A stretch of DNA of 64,000 nucleotides from Salinivirgaceae bacterium (GTDB lineage Bacteria > Bacteroidota > Bacteroidia > Bacteroidales > SZUA-534). A program made the position numbers and the translations under genes. Within the stretch, counting starts at the first letter, position 1, and each line of letters starts with the position of its first letter. The stretch lies in the NCBI GenBank assembly GCA_024405635.1, contig JAKSOL010000003.1, forward strand, positions 124,046 to 188,045. Reading direction: 5' to 3'. Shown one piece after another: positions 19,814-29,528 of this stretch. The notes under the pieces were generated by a model that saw only the letters and a program-made list of their open reading frames with translations, made no database searches and had not been told where the DNA came from.

Positions 19814-21015
19814 ATTTTGAGGCAAGCGGGGGAGTTTGGAAAGAGTGGAGAATTGGGGATTTGTTTGACATACACCCGACTAAAGCATACAAGATGACTA
19901 ATCTTGATTTGTTTAAGAATAAAGGTGATATACCAGTAGTAACAAATTCAAGTGTAGAAAATGGTATTACCGGATATGTAAATTTGAAACCAACTGAAAA
20001 GGGTGGTATTGTTACATATAGTGACACAACTACTGATGAAGGAATATTTTATCAGCCTTATGATTTTGTTGGGTATTCTCATGTTCAAGGTGTTTATCCG
20101 TTGAAAACCTATAATTGGAATGAGGACAAGCTTTTGTATTTTGTTTCATTATTCAAGAAATCTGCAAAAGGTCGTTTTGATTATGCTAGCAAATTCAATA
20201 GAGCAATAGCAAAAGAAATGCTTGTGAATCTTCCAACATTCAATGGCGAGCCATCCTATTTCTACATGGAACAATACATCTCTTTGTTAGAAAAAGAAAA
20301 GATGCTTCAAGTGGATAAATTCCTAAAAGATTCTGGCTTGAATGATACCACACTTACTGTCGAAGAAACAGCTGCACTTGAAAAGTTTAGAAATGGAGAG
20401 GTGAAGTTTGTGGAGAGGAAGATAGGGGATTTGTTTGAAAAAGTCAAGTTAGGGATTAGTAATCCTAATTTTAATAAAAAAACTGATTTGTCTGCTTGCA
20501 AAGATTTAGAACACCCAATTCCTGTGATAAATGCAAAAATTGGAGATAATGGAATAATGTATTGGGCAAAGCAAGGAGATTTTGAGACTATTTCAAAGTG
20601 TATAGATGTTATTCAAAATGGAGCAATTGCTACAGGAAAAGTATATGCTCAACCTCAAGAAACAGGCGTGTTGTGGGATTCTTATTTGATTAAACATGTT
20701 AAAACAACTTTAGAAGATGAACAACTTTTTTTCTTTGCGACAGTCATAGAAAAATCAATACGATTAAAATTTTATTATGATTGTAAGGCTTACTGGAATG
20801 AAGTAAAAGAAGAATTTATTATGTTGCCTTGTACTCTTGATAATGACATCGACTACACCTTTATGCAACACTTTATATCGGCTTGGGAGAAGTTGGTGAT
20901 GAGAGGTGTGGTAAAGTATAAGGACGAGATGTTGAATGCTTATGACAAAGCATTAGATTTTGCTGTGGCAGCTGAGCAAATGTTAAATTATGGACAAAAA
21001 TCAGAATTTTTATAA
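19795..21015 (+). CDS. Restriction-modification specificity (S) subunit with two TRDs; no ATG start, possibly made as a frameshift fusion
   Basis: Two repeats starting WKEWRIGDLF and FVERKIGDLF, each ending LP...YxxM.xxI; lies in the -1 frame of the upstream gene. Confidence 0.85.
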   Translation: MTKLKEDFEASGGVWKEWRIGDLFDIHPTKAYKMTNLDLFKNKGDIPVVTNSSVENGITGYVNLKPTEKGGIVTYSDTTTDEGIFYQPYDFVGYSHVQGVYPLKTYNWNEDKLLYFVSLFKKSAKGRFDYASKFNRAIAKEMLVNLPTFNGEPSYFYMEQYISLLEKEKMLQVDKFLKDSGLNDTTLTVEETAALEKFRNGEVKFVERKIGDLFEKVKLGISNPNFNKKTDLSACKDLEHPIPVINAKIGDNGIMYWAKQGDFETISKCIDVIQNGAIATGKVYAQPQETGVLWDSYLIKHVKTTLEDEQLFFFATVIEKSIRLKFYYDCKAYWNEVKEEFIMLPCTLDNDIDYTFMQHFISAWEKLVMRGVVKYKDEMLNAYDKALDFAVAAEQMLNYGQKSEFL

Positions 21016-21086
21016 ACTTGTCTTCAAAACCTTCTCTACTGAAAACTTTTGTGCGTTTTTGAAAAAGACGCCCACTCACTAACAAC

Positions 21087-21117
21087 CAAATCGTGTCGAA
21101 ACACTCGGCACGATTTG
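21087..21117 (+). terminator. Hairpin closing the R-M insert
   Basis: CAAATCGTGTCGA/TCGGCACGATTTG stem. Confidence 0.5.
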
Positions 21118-21237
21118 CTTTACAATATCTCTGTCCTTTTAGGTTGTTAACTTTCCGATGATAAAAATAGTTTTCGGAATAAAAATAATACCAAAGAATT
21201 GGTTTTCTTTGCTCATTGAAAGTAACGGCAAAAATGA

Positions 21238-21714
21238 ATGGACAACAATTCGAGAATAGACGCGCTTGACAGAAAGATTTTATCGATAATATCGAAGGAT
21301 GCGCGCACGCCATTCCTTGAGGTGGCTCGAGAGTGCGGAGTGTCTGGTGCTGCCATACACCAACGTGTTCAAAAGCTTGTCAACATGGGCGTTATTATAG
21401 GCTCGGAGTTCATTGTTAGTCCTCAAAGCATGGGATACAAAACATGCGCTTTTGTGGGCATCAACCTAAAAAAGGCTTGTCTTTATCAAGACATAGCCGA
21501 AGAGTTGGCCAAAATACCGGAGATAATTGAATGCCACTACGTTACCGGCAACTACTCGCTCTTTATTAAAGTGATGGCACACGATAACGAGCACTTGCGA
21601 AAGATACTATCAGACAAGTTGCAACGACTCGATATTGTGGAGCGCACTGAGACCATCATCTCGCTTGAGGAGAGTTTCCGCCGACAATTCCCAATCGATT
21701 TAGCAGAACAATAA
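21238..21714 (+). CDS. asnC: Lrp/AsnC family regulator
   Basis: [35 protein letters not shown]; ECHYVTGNY. Confidence 0.9.
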   Translation: MDNNSRIDALDRKILSIISKDARTPFLEVARECGVSGAAIHQRVQKLVNMGVIIGSEFIVSPQSMGYKTCAFVGINLKKACLYQDIAEELAKIPEIIECHYVTGNYSLFIKVMAHDNEHLRKILSDKLQRLDIVERTETIISLEESFRRQFPIDLAEQ

Positions 21715-21743
21715 ATACAAAACATAATCTAACTTTAAGTAAA

Positions 21744-23024
21744 ATGAATAAGGACAACGAGATTTTCTCACTTATTGACAAAGAATACGCCCGCCAAAAA
21801 CGTGGCATTGAGATGATTGCATCTGAAAACTTTGTGAGCGACCAAGTAATGCAAGCAATGGGTTCGTGCCTCACAAACAAATACGCCGAAGGTTACCCAG
21901 GCAAACGCCACTATGGTGGTTGCGAGGTTGTTGACGAGGTTGAAACTCTTGCTATTGAGCGCTTGAAAAAGATTTATGGTGCTGAATATGCAAACGTACA
22001 ACCACACTCGGGCGCACAAGCCAATGCAGCTGTGTTGCTTTGCGTACTTAATCCAGGCGATAAATTCATGGGCCTTGACCTTTCGCATGGTGGTCACCTT
22101 TCACACGGTTCGCATGTTAACACATCGGGTATGATTTACACTCCATGTGCATATCACTTGAACAAAGAAACTGGCCGTGTTGATTACGACGAGATGGAAG
22201 AAGTTGCAATGCGCGAAAAACCAAAATTGATTATTGGTGGTGGTTCAGCATACAGTCGTGAATGGGATTATGCTCGTATGCGTAAGATTGCTGATGCTTG
22301 TGGCGCTTTGCTTATGGTTGACATGGCTCACCCAGCAGGTTTAATTGCAGCAGGTTTGCTTGACAACCCAGTTAAATATGCCGACATTGTTACCTCTACA
22401 ACACACAAAACACTTCGTGGCCCACGTGGTGGTATTATTCTTATGGGTAAAGATTTTGAGAACCCATGGGGCAAGGCTACCAAAAAAGGTAAAATCCGCA
22501 CAATGGGTAGCTTGTTGAATTCGGCAGTGTTCCCAGGTCAACAAGGTGGACCACTTGAGCATGTAATTGCAGCAAAAGCAGTTGCATTTGGCGAGGCTCT
22601 TACACCAGAGTTCAAAACATACCAAGAACAAGTTAAAAAGAACGCTGCAGCTTTGGCTAAAGCAATGACCGACAAAGGTTTCTTTATTATCTCTGGCGGT
22701 ACCGATAACCACTCAATGTTGGTTGACTTGCGTCCAAAATATGCTGATTTGACAGGTAAAGTTGCTGAAAAAGCACTTGTTGCAGCCGACATTACCGTAA
22801 ATATGAACCTTGTTCCATTCGATACTCGTAGCGCAATGGAAACCAGCGGTTTGCGTCTAGGTACCCCAGCCATCACAACTCGTGGTTTGAAAGAGGCTGA
22901 TATGGTTACAATTACCGATATGATTGACCGTGTTCTTGCTGACCCAGAGAACGAGAGTGTAATTGCTGCAGTTCGCAAAGAGGTTAACGCAATGATGGAA
23001 CCACGTCCAATGTTTGCTTGGTAG
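21744..23024 (+). CDS. glyA: Serine hydroxymethyltransferase
   Basis: [41 protein letters not shown]. Confidence 0.98.
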   Translation: MNKDNEIFSLIDKEYARQKRGIEMIASENFVSDQVMQAMGSCLTNKYAEGYPGKRHYGGCEVVDEVETLAIERLKKIYGAEYANVQPHSGAQANAAVLLCVLNPGDKFMGLDLSHGGHLSHGSHVNTSGMIYTPCAYHLNKETGRVDYDEMEEVAMREKPKLIIGGGSAYSREWDYARMRKIADACGALLMVDMAHPAGLIAAGLLDNPVKYADIVTSTTHKTLRGPRGGIILMGKDFENPWGKATKKGKIRTMGSLLNSAVFPGQQGGPLEHVIAAKAVAFGEALTPEFKTYQEQVKKNAAALAKAMTDKGFFIISGGTDNHSMLVDLRPKYADLTGKVAEKALVAADITVNMNLVPFDTRSAMETSGLRLGTPAITTRGLKEADMVTITDMIDRVLADPENESVIAAVRKEVNAMMEPRPMFAW

Positions 23025-23048
23025 TAGGAATCATTTTACCTCATAAAT

Positions 23049-23083
23049 AAAAAACGCTCAACCAAAAGGTTGGGCGTTTTTTT
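23049..23083 (+). terminator. glyA terminator
   Basis: AAAACGCTCAACC/GGTTGGGCGTTTT stem plus T run. Confidence 0.8.
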
Positions 23084-23252
23084 GTGTACTTAGTAGAGTT
23101 GAGGTGCGTACTTGTTATGTGCTACTGAAGCGTGCCAATTGTAATAGATAAATAGGGGATAAGTATCGACAATTGGTTTTGATATAGCCAAAGCACTATT
23201 ATATATTTGCTGAACTACGAAAAATGAAAAAACATTACATAAATAAACTACT

Positions 23253-24107
23253 ATGAAAAAACTATTTACAATGCTTATGCTTATGGGCGGGATGCTAGTA
23301 AGCAAGGCGCAAATGCCAGAGAGTTTTGATATTGATCTTTGGCAAAATGGTTTGCCAAACACAAATGGCATCGACCATCAACCCTACAATGCAGAACAAC
23401 GAAATTTTAAACCAAGTATCCGCGTGTTTTTGCCAGAGGAAGGTAATCGAAATGGCAAAGCAATTCTTGTTTGTCCTGGTGGCGGTTATCGTGTGTTGTC
23501 GTTAGCACAAGAGGGTTACGATTGGGCAAAAGAGTTTGTGCCACAAGGCATTGCAACCATAGTGCTTAGCTACCGTATGCCAAACGGAAACAAAGAGGTG
23601 CCTATGAGCGATGCAAAAGAGGCAATGCGCATTATTCGCGAAAATGCCGAAAAATGGGGCATCGACCCACAAAAGGTTGGTATTCTTGGTTCGTCGGCAG
23701 GTGGCCACTTGGCTTCAACCATTGCAACTCATAGCGACGAAGCAACTCGTCCAAACTTCCAAATTCTGTTCTATCCAGTTATTTCAATGGATAAGTCAAT
23801 TACCCACATGGATTCGCATAACTGTTTCTTGGGCGAGAATGCAACTGCCGAACAAGAGCAAGAATACAGCAACCACCTTCAAGTAAACAGCCAAACTCCC
23901 CCTGCCATCATTCTTTTGTCCGACGACGATTTTCTTGTTCCACCAGCAAACTCAGCAGAATATTACCTTGCTCTAAAAAAAGCAAAAGTAAAGGCTTCGA
24001 TGCACGTTTATCCTTCGGGAGGACATGGTTGGGGTTGCGGCAAATTTTTCCGCTATAACAAAGAAATGATGCAAGATTTGCAAATTTGGATTAACCAATT
24101 GCCATAA
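23253..24107 (+). CDS. Secreted alpha/beta hydrolase (BD-FAE / acetylxylan esterase-like)
   Basis: Signal peptide, CPGGGY, GSSAGGH nucleophile, DD..VP, GGHGWG. Confidence 0.88.
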   Translation: MKKLFTMLMLMGGMLVSKAQMPESFDIDLWQNGLPNTNGIDHQPYNAEQRNFKPSIRVFLPEEGNRNGKAILVCPGGGYRVLSLAQEGYDWAKEFVPQGIATIVLSYRMPNGNKEVPMSDAKEAMRIIRENAEKWGIDPQKVGILGSSAGGHLASTIATHSDEATRPNFQILFYPVISMDKSITHMDSHNCFLGENATAEQEQEYSNHLQVNSQTPPAIILLSDDDFLVPPANSAEYYLALKKAKVKASMHVYPSGGHGWGCGKFFRYNKEMMQDLQIWINQLP

Positions 24108-24155
24108 AAACCGAAACTATCTTTTGCAACAAAGTTGGTTTGTCAAAAAAATTGT

Positions 24156-24196
24156 AAACAGAGAGTTGGTAGTGTTCTGCCAACTCTCTGTTTTTT
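24156..24196 (+). terminator. Intrinsic terminator
   Basis: AAACAGAGAGTTGG/CCAACTCTCTGTTT stem plus T run. Confidence 0.8.
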
Positions 24197-24217
24197 ATGT
24201 AGCCTTTTAAACTCCAA

Positions 24218-24970
24218 ATGAAACTGACATACATTTTTCACAGCGGTTTTGCTTTAGAAACCAACCATTGTGTTTTGATATTTGACTATTGGACCGACCC
24301 CGCAAATGTGGTGCCGCAGTTGATAAACGTAAATAAGCCCATGTATGTGTTTGCTAGCCATTTTCACGAAGATCATTTTTCAAAAAACATATTCGAGTGG
24401 CGAAAGTTGAAAACAGACATAACTTATGTTCTTTCAAAAGATATTTTGAAGCATAAACGAGCACAACAAACCGATGCCAAAGTATGGATGGTGAAAGGCG
24501 ATGTGTGGGAAGATGAAAATTTGAAGGTTACAGCAACCGGAAGCAACGACTGCGGAGTTAGTTGGGTAATAAATATCAACGGCAAAAGCATTTTCCACGC
24601 AGGCGATTTGTGCAACTGGTATGCCAGGTTTCTTGCCGATGAAATACCAGCAGAATCGGTGTATAGCAAAATGTTAGGCAAAAATGTGAACCCAGTTATT
24701 GAGGAAAAACGATTTCTTGGCGAATTGAAAGATTTACGAAAAGTAACCCAATCATTCGACCTTGCAATGTTTCCTGTCGATGGGCGAATAGGAAACGGTT
24801 ATACACGCGGAGCTCGTCAGTTTATTGAAAGATTTAAAGTGAAAATGTTTGTACCAATGCATTTTGAGGCTAGTGGTTTTGAGTCGGCTTGGCGCATGGA
24901 ACCTTTTTGCCAAGAAAGTGAAATTGCATTTTGGAAAATTAAAGAAGTGGGCGAAACTGTTGATATTTAA
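24218..24970 (+). CDS. MBL-fold metallo-hydrolase
   Basis: YIFHSGF, SHFHEDH, FHAGD, VPMHF. Confidence 0.88.
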   Translation: MKLTYIFHSGFALETNHCVLIFDYWTDPANVVPQLINVNKPMYVFASHFHEDHFSKNIFEWRKLKTDITYVLSKDILKHKRAQQTDAKVWMVKGDVWEDENLKVTATGSNDCGVSWVININGKSIFHAGDLCNWYARFLADEIPAESVYSKMLGKNVNPVIEEKRFLGELKDLRKVTQSFDLAMFPVDGRIGNGYTRGARQFIERFKVKMFVPMHFEASGFESAWRMEPFCQESEIAFWKIKEVGETVDI

Positions 24971-25024
24971 CAAAATACATCGCTTATATTTGTGCATATA
25001 CTAAACCAAATAAAATTATCGTAA

Positions 25025-25651
25025 ATGAAAAAAACATTGTTTATGCTGGTATCGTTGTTTGCAATGGTATCGTGCACATCACCACAAGTGAAAAACGAAG
25101 TAGGTGACGCATCGCAAGTTGTAGATAGTGTAATAATGGCGCGAAGGAGTGTCCGTCAGTACACCGACAAAACAATTAGTCGCGATATGCTTAATCAAGT
25201 GCTGAAAAGTGGTATTAATGCACCCAATGGACAAGGACGTCAAGCTTATGAAATTCGTGTGGTTGATAACCCAGAAATGCTCGCAGCAATTACTATGGCA
25301 GTTTTAAACGACAATCAAGCTATGAAACCACAGAATGAAGTAAAAAACATTTTTGCAGGCGCACCTTGTGTTGTTTTTATAGCAAACGATACAACTTACG
25401 ACATGTCGCAGGTTGATTGTGGCTTGTTGGGCCAAAACATCATACTTTCAGCATGGTCAAAAGGTATAGCGTCGTGTTGTATGGCATACCCAGTACGACT
25501 GATGAAAGAAAGTAAATTGTGCGCTCCGCTTATTGCGAAACTTGGTTTTAGCCAAGGTTACAACCTTTTGTATAGCATAGCTTTGGGATATGCCAACGAG
25601 TCGCCAAACGCAAAACCTCGAAAAACTGAAAAAATAAAATACGTAGATTGA
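25025..25651 (+). CDS. Nitroreductase family lipoprotein
   Basis: Lipobox MVSC; RRSVRQY, APNG..RQ, IALGY. Confidence 0.88.
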   Translation: MKKTLFMLVSLFAMVSCTSPQVKNEVGDASQVVDSVIMARRSVRQYTDKTISRDMLNQVLKSGINAPNGQGRQAYEIRVVDNPEMLAAITMAVLNDNQAMKPQNEVKNIFAGAPCVVFIANDTTYDMSQVDCGLLGQNIILSAWSKGIASCCMAYPVRLMKESKLCAPLIAKLGFSQGYNLLYSIALGYANESPNAKPRKTEKIKYVD

Positions 25652-25652
25652 T

Positions 25653-26474
25653 ATGATTACCCTAAACAATAATTTAACAATACCGCAAATAGGTGTTGGA
25701 ACATGGACACTAAAAGGCGAAACTGCGGTAAATAATGTGCGTATGGCACTTGATGCAGGTTTTCGTCTTGTAGATACTGCACAGATGTACGAAAACGAAA
25801 AAGAGGTAGGCGACGGAATTCGTTTGAGTAAAGTGCCCCGTGAGGAAATTTTTCTTACCACCAAAGTTTCAACCGTTGTTATGCGCGAAAAGGAGTCGGT
25901 TATTCGTGCCTCGATTGACGATAGTTTGGCAAAGCTACAAACGCCATACGTCGATTTGCTACTTATTCATTGGCCAGTAAAAGATTGCGTGAAAAAAACT
26001 TGGGTAATTATGGAAGACTATGTGCAACAAGGAAAGGTTAAGTCGCTGGGTGTTAGCAATTTCAACCGCCATCACCTTGAAGAACTTTTCCAATACGCAA
26101 ACATTCGTCCTGTGCTGAATCAAATTGAAGTACATCCACTTATGAGCCAAGTGGAGAACATAGCTTACAACCATTCGCTTGGCATTCAAGTTCAGGCTTG
26201 GGGCCCTTTTGGTCAAGGCGATATTGATGTTGTTGGCAACGATGTTATTAAGCATCTGGCTGCAAAGTATGGCAAAACATCATCGCAAATTGTGCTACGT
26301 TGGATAATTCAACGCGATTTAATTACCATTCCGCGTGCAAAACCAAATCACTTTGACGAAAACCTTGGAGTTCTTTTGTTTGAATTGTCAAGCGACGATA
26401 TGGCTGCTATTGATGCATTGAACATCAACCTTCGTTCAAATAAAAGCAACGATCCTGAAAACTTTCCGTGGTAA
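25653..26474 (+). CDS. Aldo/keto reductase
   Basis: DTAQMYENE, TTK, DLLLIHWP, GVSNF, NQIEVHP. Confidence 0.93.
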   Translation: MITLNNNLTIPQIGVGTWTLKGETAVNNVRMALDAGFRLVDTAQMYENEKEVGDGIRLSKVPREEIFLTTKVSTVVMREKESVIRASIDDSLAKLQTPYVDLLLIHWPVKDCVKKTWVIMEDYVQQGKVKSLGVSNFNRHHLEELFQYANIRPVLNQIEVHPLMSQVENIAYNHSLGIQVQAWGPFGQGDIDVVGNDVIKHLAAKYGKTSSQIVLRWIIQRDLITIPRAKPNHFDENLGVLLFELSSDDMAAIDALNINLRSNKSNDPENFPW

Positions 26475-26528
26475 GTCTTTTTTATAGTATATGATGCTAA
26501 TTGATTGAAATACAATTGATAAGTAAGT

Positions 26529-26563
26529 AAAAAAGCAACTCAAGTACAAGGGTTGCTTTTTTT
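26529..26563. terminator. Bidirectional terminator
   Basis: AAAAAGCAAC/GTTGCTTTTT stem between convergent genes. Confidence 0.75.
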
Positions 26564-26584
26564 GTGTCAATTAGCAATGTATTA

Positions 26585-27514
26585 TCAAAGTTTTTTGAAA
26601 ATAGAAGCAGCAATGCTACCCGAAAAGTTGTGCCAAACCGAAAAAATAGCACCAGGAACGGCCGCCAAAGGGTACATGGCAAAGTGTGTTGCAGCCAACG
26701 ACGATGCAAGTCCAGAATTTTGCATGCCAACCTCAATTGAAATGGCTGTACGCTTGCTTTTTTCCATCTCAAATATTTTGCATACCACGTATCCTATTGT
26801 TAGTCCAAGCAAGTTATGCATAACCACCGCAATGCCAACAATCAAACTGCACGACAAAATGCGTTGTGCGTTGTGCGAAACAATGGTACCAATTATTATA
26901 GCAATAGCAAATGTTGAAACCATTGGCAACAATGGTGTTGCTTTTTGAGTAAAAGAACTGAAGAAATGGTTAACTGCAAATCCTAAAATAATTGGAGCAA
27001 TTACCACCTGTACAATGCTTAAAAACATTCCCCAAACATTAACATTTACAATTTCGCCTGCCAATAGGAAAACCAAAGCAGGCGTTACTAAAGGCGCTAA
27101 CAAAGTTGAAACCCCAGTCATGGCTACACTTAAAGCAATGTCGCCTTGCGCCAGATAGCAAATAACGTTGCTTGCTGTTCCTCCGGGACAACAACCTACT
27201 AATATCACCCCCAAAGCTAGCTCGGTTGGTAGGTTAAGCAATTTGCACAAAAGCCATGCAACAGTAGGCATAATAACAAACTGAGCCAACTCGCCAACAA
27301 TTATGTCTTTTGGATGGAGCAAAACGGGCTTAAAATCGCTTGGTTTTAGAGTTAATCCCATGCCAAACATAACAATGCCCAACATTGGAGTTATTGTTGA
27401 AGTGCTAATCCAATTGAAAGATTTAGGCATAAGTAAAGCTAATGCACTAACAAATAATACTATAAGAGTGATGTTTGATGCTACGATTGCCGATATTTTG
27501 TACAATGCCTTCAT
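26585..27514 (-). CDS. Bile acid:sodium symporter family (PanS-like)
   Basis: MFGMGLTL, GCCPGGTASNV, IEVGMQNSGL. Confidence 0.92.
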   Translation of the reverse strand: MKALYKISAIVASNITLIVLFVSALALLMPKSFNWISTSTITPMLGIVMFGMGLTLKPSDFKPVLLHPKDIIVGELAQFVIMPTVAWLLCKLLNLPTELALGVILVGCCPGGTASNVICYLAQGDIALSVAMTGVSTLLAPLVTPALVFLLAGEIVNVNVWGMFLSIVQVVIAPIILGFAVNHFFSSFTQKATPLLPMVSTFAIAIIIGTIVSHNAQRILSCSLIVGIAVVMHNLLGLTIGYVVCKIFEMEKSKRTAISIEVGMQNSGLASSLAATHFAMYPLAAVPGAIFSVWHNFSGSIAASIFKKL

Positions 27515-27794
27515 GCAAGCAAAATTAGAATTATTATCGCCATTATGTAATTGTCGTAAATAGCCATAATTGTTGGGCGTAATTCATTCCGATGAAATAT
27601 ATGTTTTGATGCTTAAACCAATGTTCGACAATTGACAAAAATTATTGCTGTTAATCCACATAAACCATAATTCTGCATGAAACAAAAAACCATATTGCTC
27701 GTAAAAGTCAAAGCATTACTTTTGAGTTATATCTAAAAAGTGGAGAAGAATATTGTAATAAACTGATTGTTAATATATTAAACAAAAATAAAGC

Positions 27795-28343
27795 ATGAAA
27801 CTTATCAGCAAAGTAATTGTGGGTTTGGCTATTTTGGTCTGCATCCCTTTCATTGTAGGCTTTTGCTTGCCAAAAGATCGTGTGGTAGATGCTCGCATTA
27901 TGATTGACCAAATGTATTTTGAGGTGTTGAGCAACGTATCAAATCATTGGGAAGAGCCAATTTGGCGTACTGAGGTCGATTCAATGGTTGAACTAGAGCA
28001 AATAGATGCACGCGATGTGTGGATGGAATACTACACCAACGGCGATTCGGTAAAACTACAAACACAAAGCCTTGGCGAGTTCGACTACATTCGTATGATA
28101 ATTTGTCCCGATGGAACAGAACTAAATCGAAACATAACATTGGTAAACCTTGAAGATGCTGAAGGCAATATGCGTACAGTGGTTCGTTATGTTGAAGAAG
28201 TTCATGTAACCGATCCGCTTAAACGATTCGTTAATCTATTTAACGACAAGTACGAAAAACGAGCTCATCGATATCTGTTCGATTTGAAAAATCGCGGTAT
28301 TCAGCAAAAACAAGAAATGGAAGAGATGAATTCTGGTTGGTAA
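27795..28343 (+). CDS. Membrane-anchored hypothetical protein (SRPBCC-like)
   Basis: N-terminal TM helix followed by LP; W.WR..V pattern. Confidence 0.5.
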   Translation: MKLISKVIVGLAILVCIPFIVGFCLPKDRVVDARIMIDQMYFEVLSNVSNHWEEPIWRTEVDSMVELEQIDARDVWMEYYTNGDSVKLQTQSLGEFDYIRMIICPDGTELNRNITLVNLEDAEGNMRTVVRYVEEVHVTDPLKRFVNLFNDKYEKRAHRYLFDLKNRGIQQKQEMEEMNSGW

Positions 28344-28353
28344 TCAGTTGTTT

Positions 28354-28944
28354 ATGGAAGATATCGAAAGCGTAGTATATAACGATCGCACAGTAGCTTT
28401 TACGGCACTGGCTAATCAATTTTGCACCTTTATTGATAGAGTTGCCACATTTTCGCAAAAAGATTTTGTTGACAATGCTCACAAATTGCTGGCTTTGCTT
28501 TATGTAAAAGCACTCTCATTGCCACAAACCGAACCTACCGATCCCGATATGATTGAGAAAACAGTTACTCAAGAAGAGTGGGACGAGGTTTTTAATGCAG
28601 TGGCTCTAAAAATGGGCAAGTTTGATAAGTATAAAGAAATTGAGCAGCCAATTCAATCGGGAGCAAAGGCCGAAATGGCTAGCATTGCCGAAGGTTTTGC
28701 CGATATTTTTCAAGATTTGAAGGACTACACCTCGCTTATGAGTTACGGTTCGCCTGAGATGATGAATGATGCCATTTGGGAATGCACCAACAACTTTCGC
28801 CAATATTGGGGACAACGATTGGTAAATATCCTACGCGTGTTGCATCTTTTGCAATATTCTGGTGTTGAACTCTGCACAACCGATGCTCGCCAATTTGACG
28901 AAAACAAAAGCCGACGTAAAACCCATAATAACGAGCAAGATTGA
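28354..28944 (+). CDS. DUF5063-like protein
   Basis: FTALANQFC.F, LYVKA, ADIFQDLKD, F..YWGQRL; ATG at 28354. Confidence 0.75.
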   Translation: MEDIESVVYNDRTVAFTALANQFCTFIDRVATFSQKDFVDNAHKLLALLYVKALSLPQTEPTDPDMIEKTVTQEEWDEVFNAVALKMGKFDKYKEIEQPIQSGAKAEMASIAEGFADIFQDLKDYTSLMSYGSPEMMNDAIWECTNNFRQYWGQRLVNILRVLHLLQYSGVELCTTDARQFDENKSRRKTHNNEQD

Positions 28945-29528
28945 TGCGAACCTCAATCCCAAAAGACGAACTCGCCTTGCTTGAAGTGAGAAGCTATACT
29001 GGCAATATTTATATGCCTGTTAATCAGCAAGAAATACAAGAGGCTGTTAACTATCTATCTAATTTTGAGGTTGTAGGTTTTGACACCGAAACCCGTCCAA
29101 ATTTTGTTAAAGGTCAGCGAAACAAAGTAGCATTGTTACAATTGTTTGCAGGCGAACGAGCGTATCTTTTTCGCCTTAATCAAGTTAAGTTTGGCTCTCC
29201 GCTTACCGATTTCTTGGCCGATGCTCGAATTATTAAAACAGGAGCCGCCATTCACGACGATTTGAAAGGATTGCGCAAGTTGTGTGAGTTTGAGCCATGT
29301 GGTTTTGTTGATTTGCAAAACCTGGCAAAACAAGTTGGCATTCAGGAGTTTGGGTTACGAGGAATGTCGGGTTTGCTGTTAGGCTTTCGTATATCAAAAG
29401 CACAACAAACATCAAACTGGGAGGCTACAGTTTTAACTGAGGCACAACAACGCTACGCAGCAACCGATGCTTGGATTTCGCTGCTTCTTTATCAAAAACT
29501 AATTTCGCTAACACCAAATAGTTTATAA
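28944..29528 (+). CDS. 3'-5' exonuclease (RNase D / WRN-like DEDDy)
   Basis: VGFDTETRP, SNWE, YAATDAW. Confidence 0.9.
   Translation: MRTSIPKDELALLEVRSYTGNIYMPVNQQEIQEAVNYLSNFEVVGFDTETRPNFVKGQRNKVALLQLFAGERAYLFRLNQVKFGSPLTDFLADARIIKTGAAIHDDLKGLRKLCEFEPCGFVDLQNLAKQVGIQEFGLRGMSGLLLGFRISKAQQTSNWEATVLTEAQQRYAATDAWISLLLYQKLISLTPNSL

Noticed and set aside
21071-21078. CCCACTCA as an att-like copy of the guaA 3' end (TGAGTGGG)
   Set aside because: Only 8 nt and inverted rather than direct; consistent with chance.
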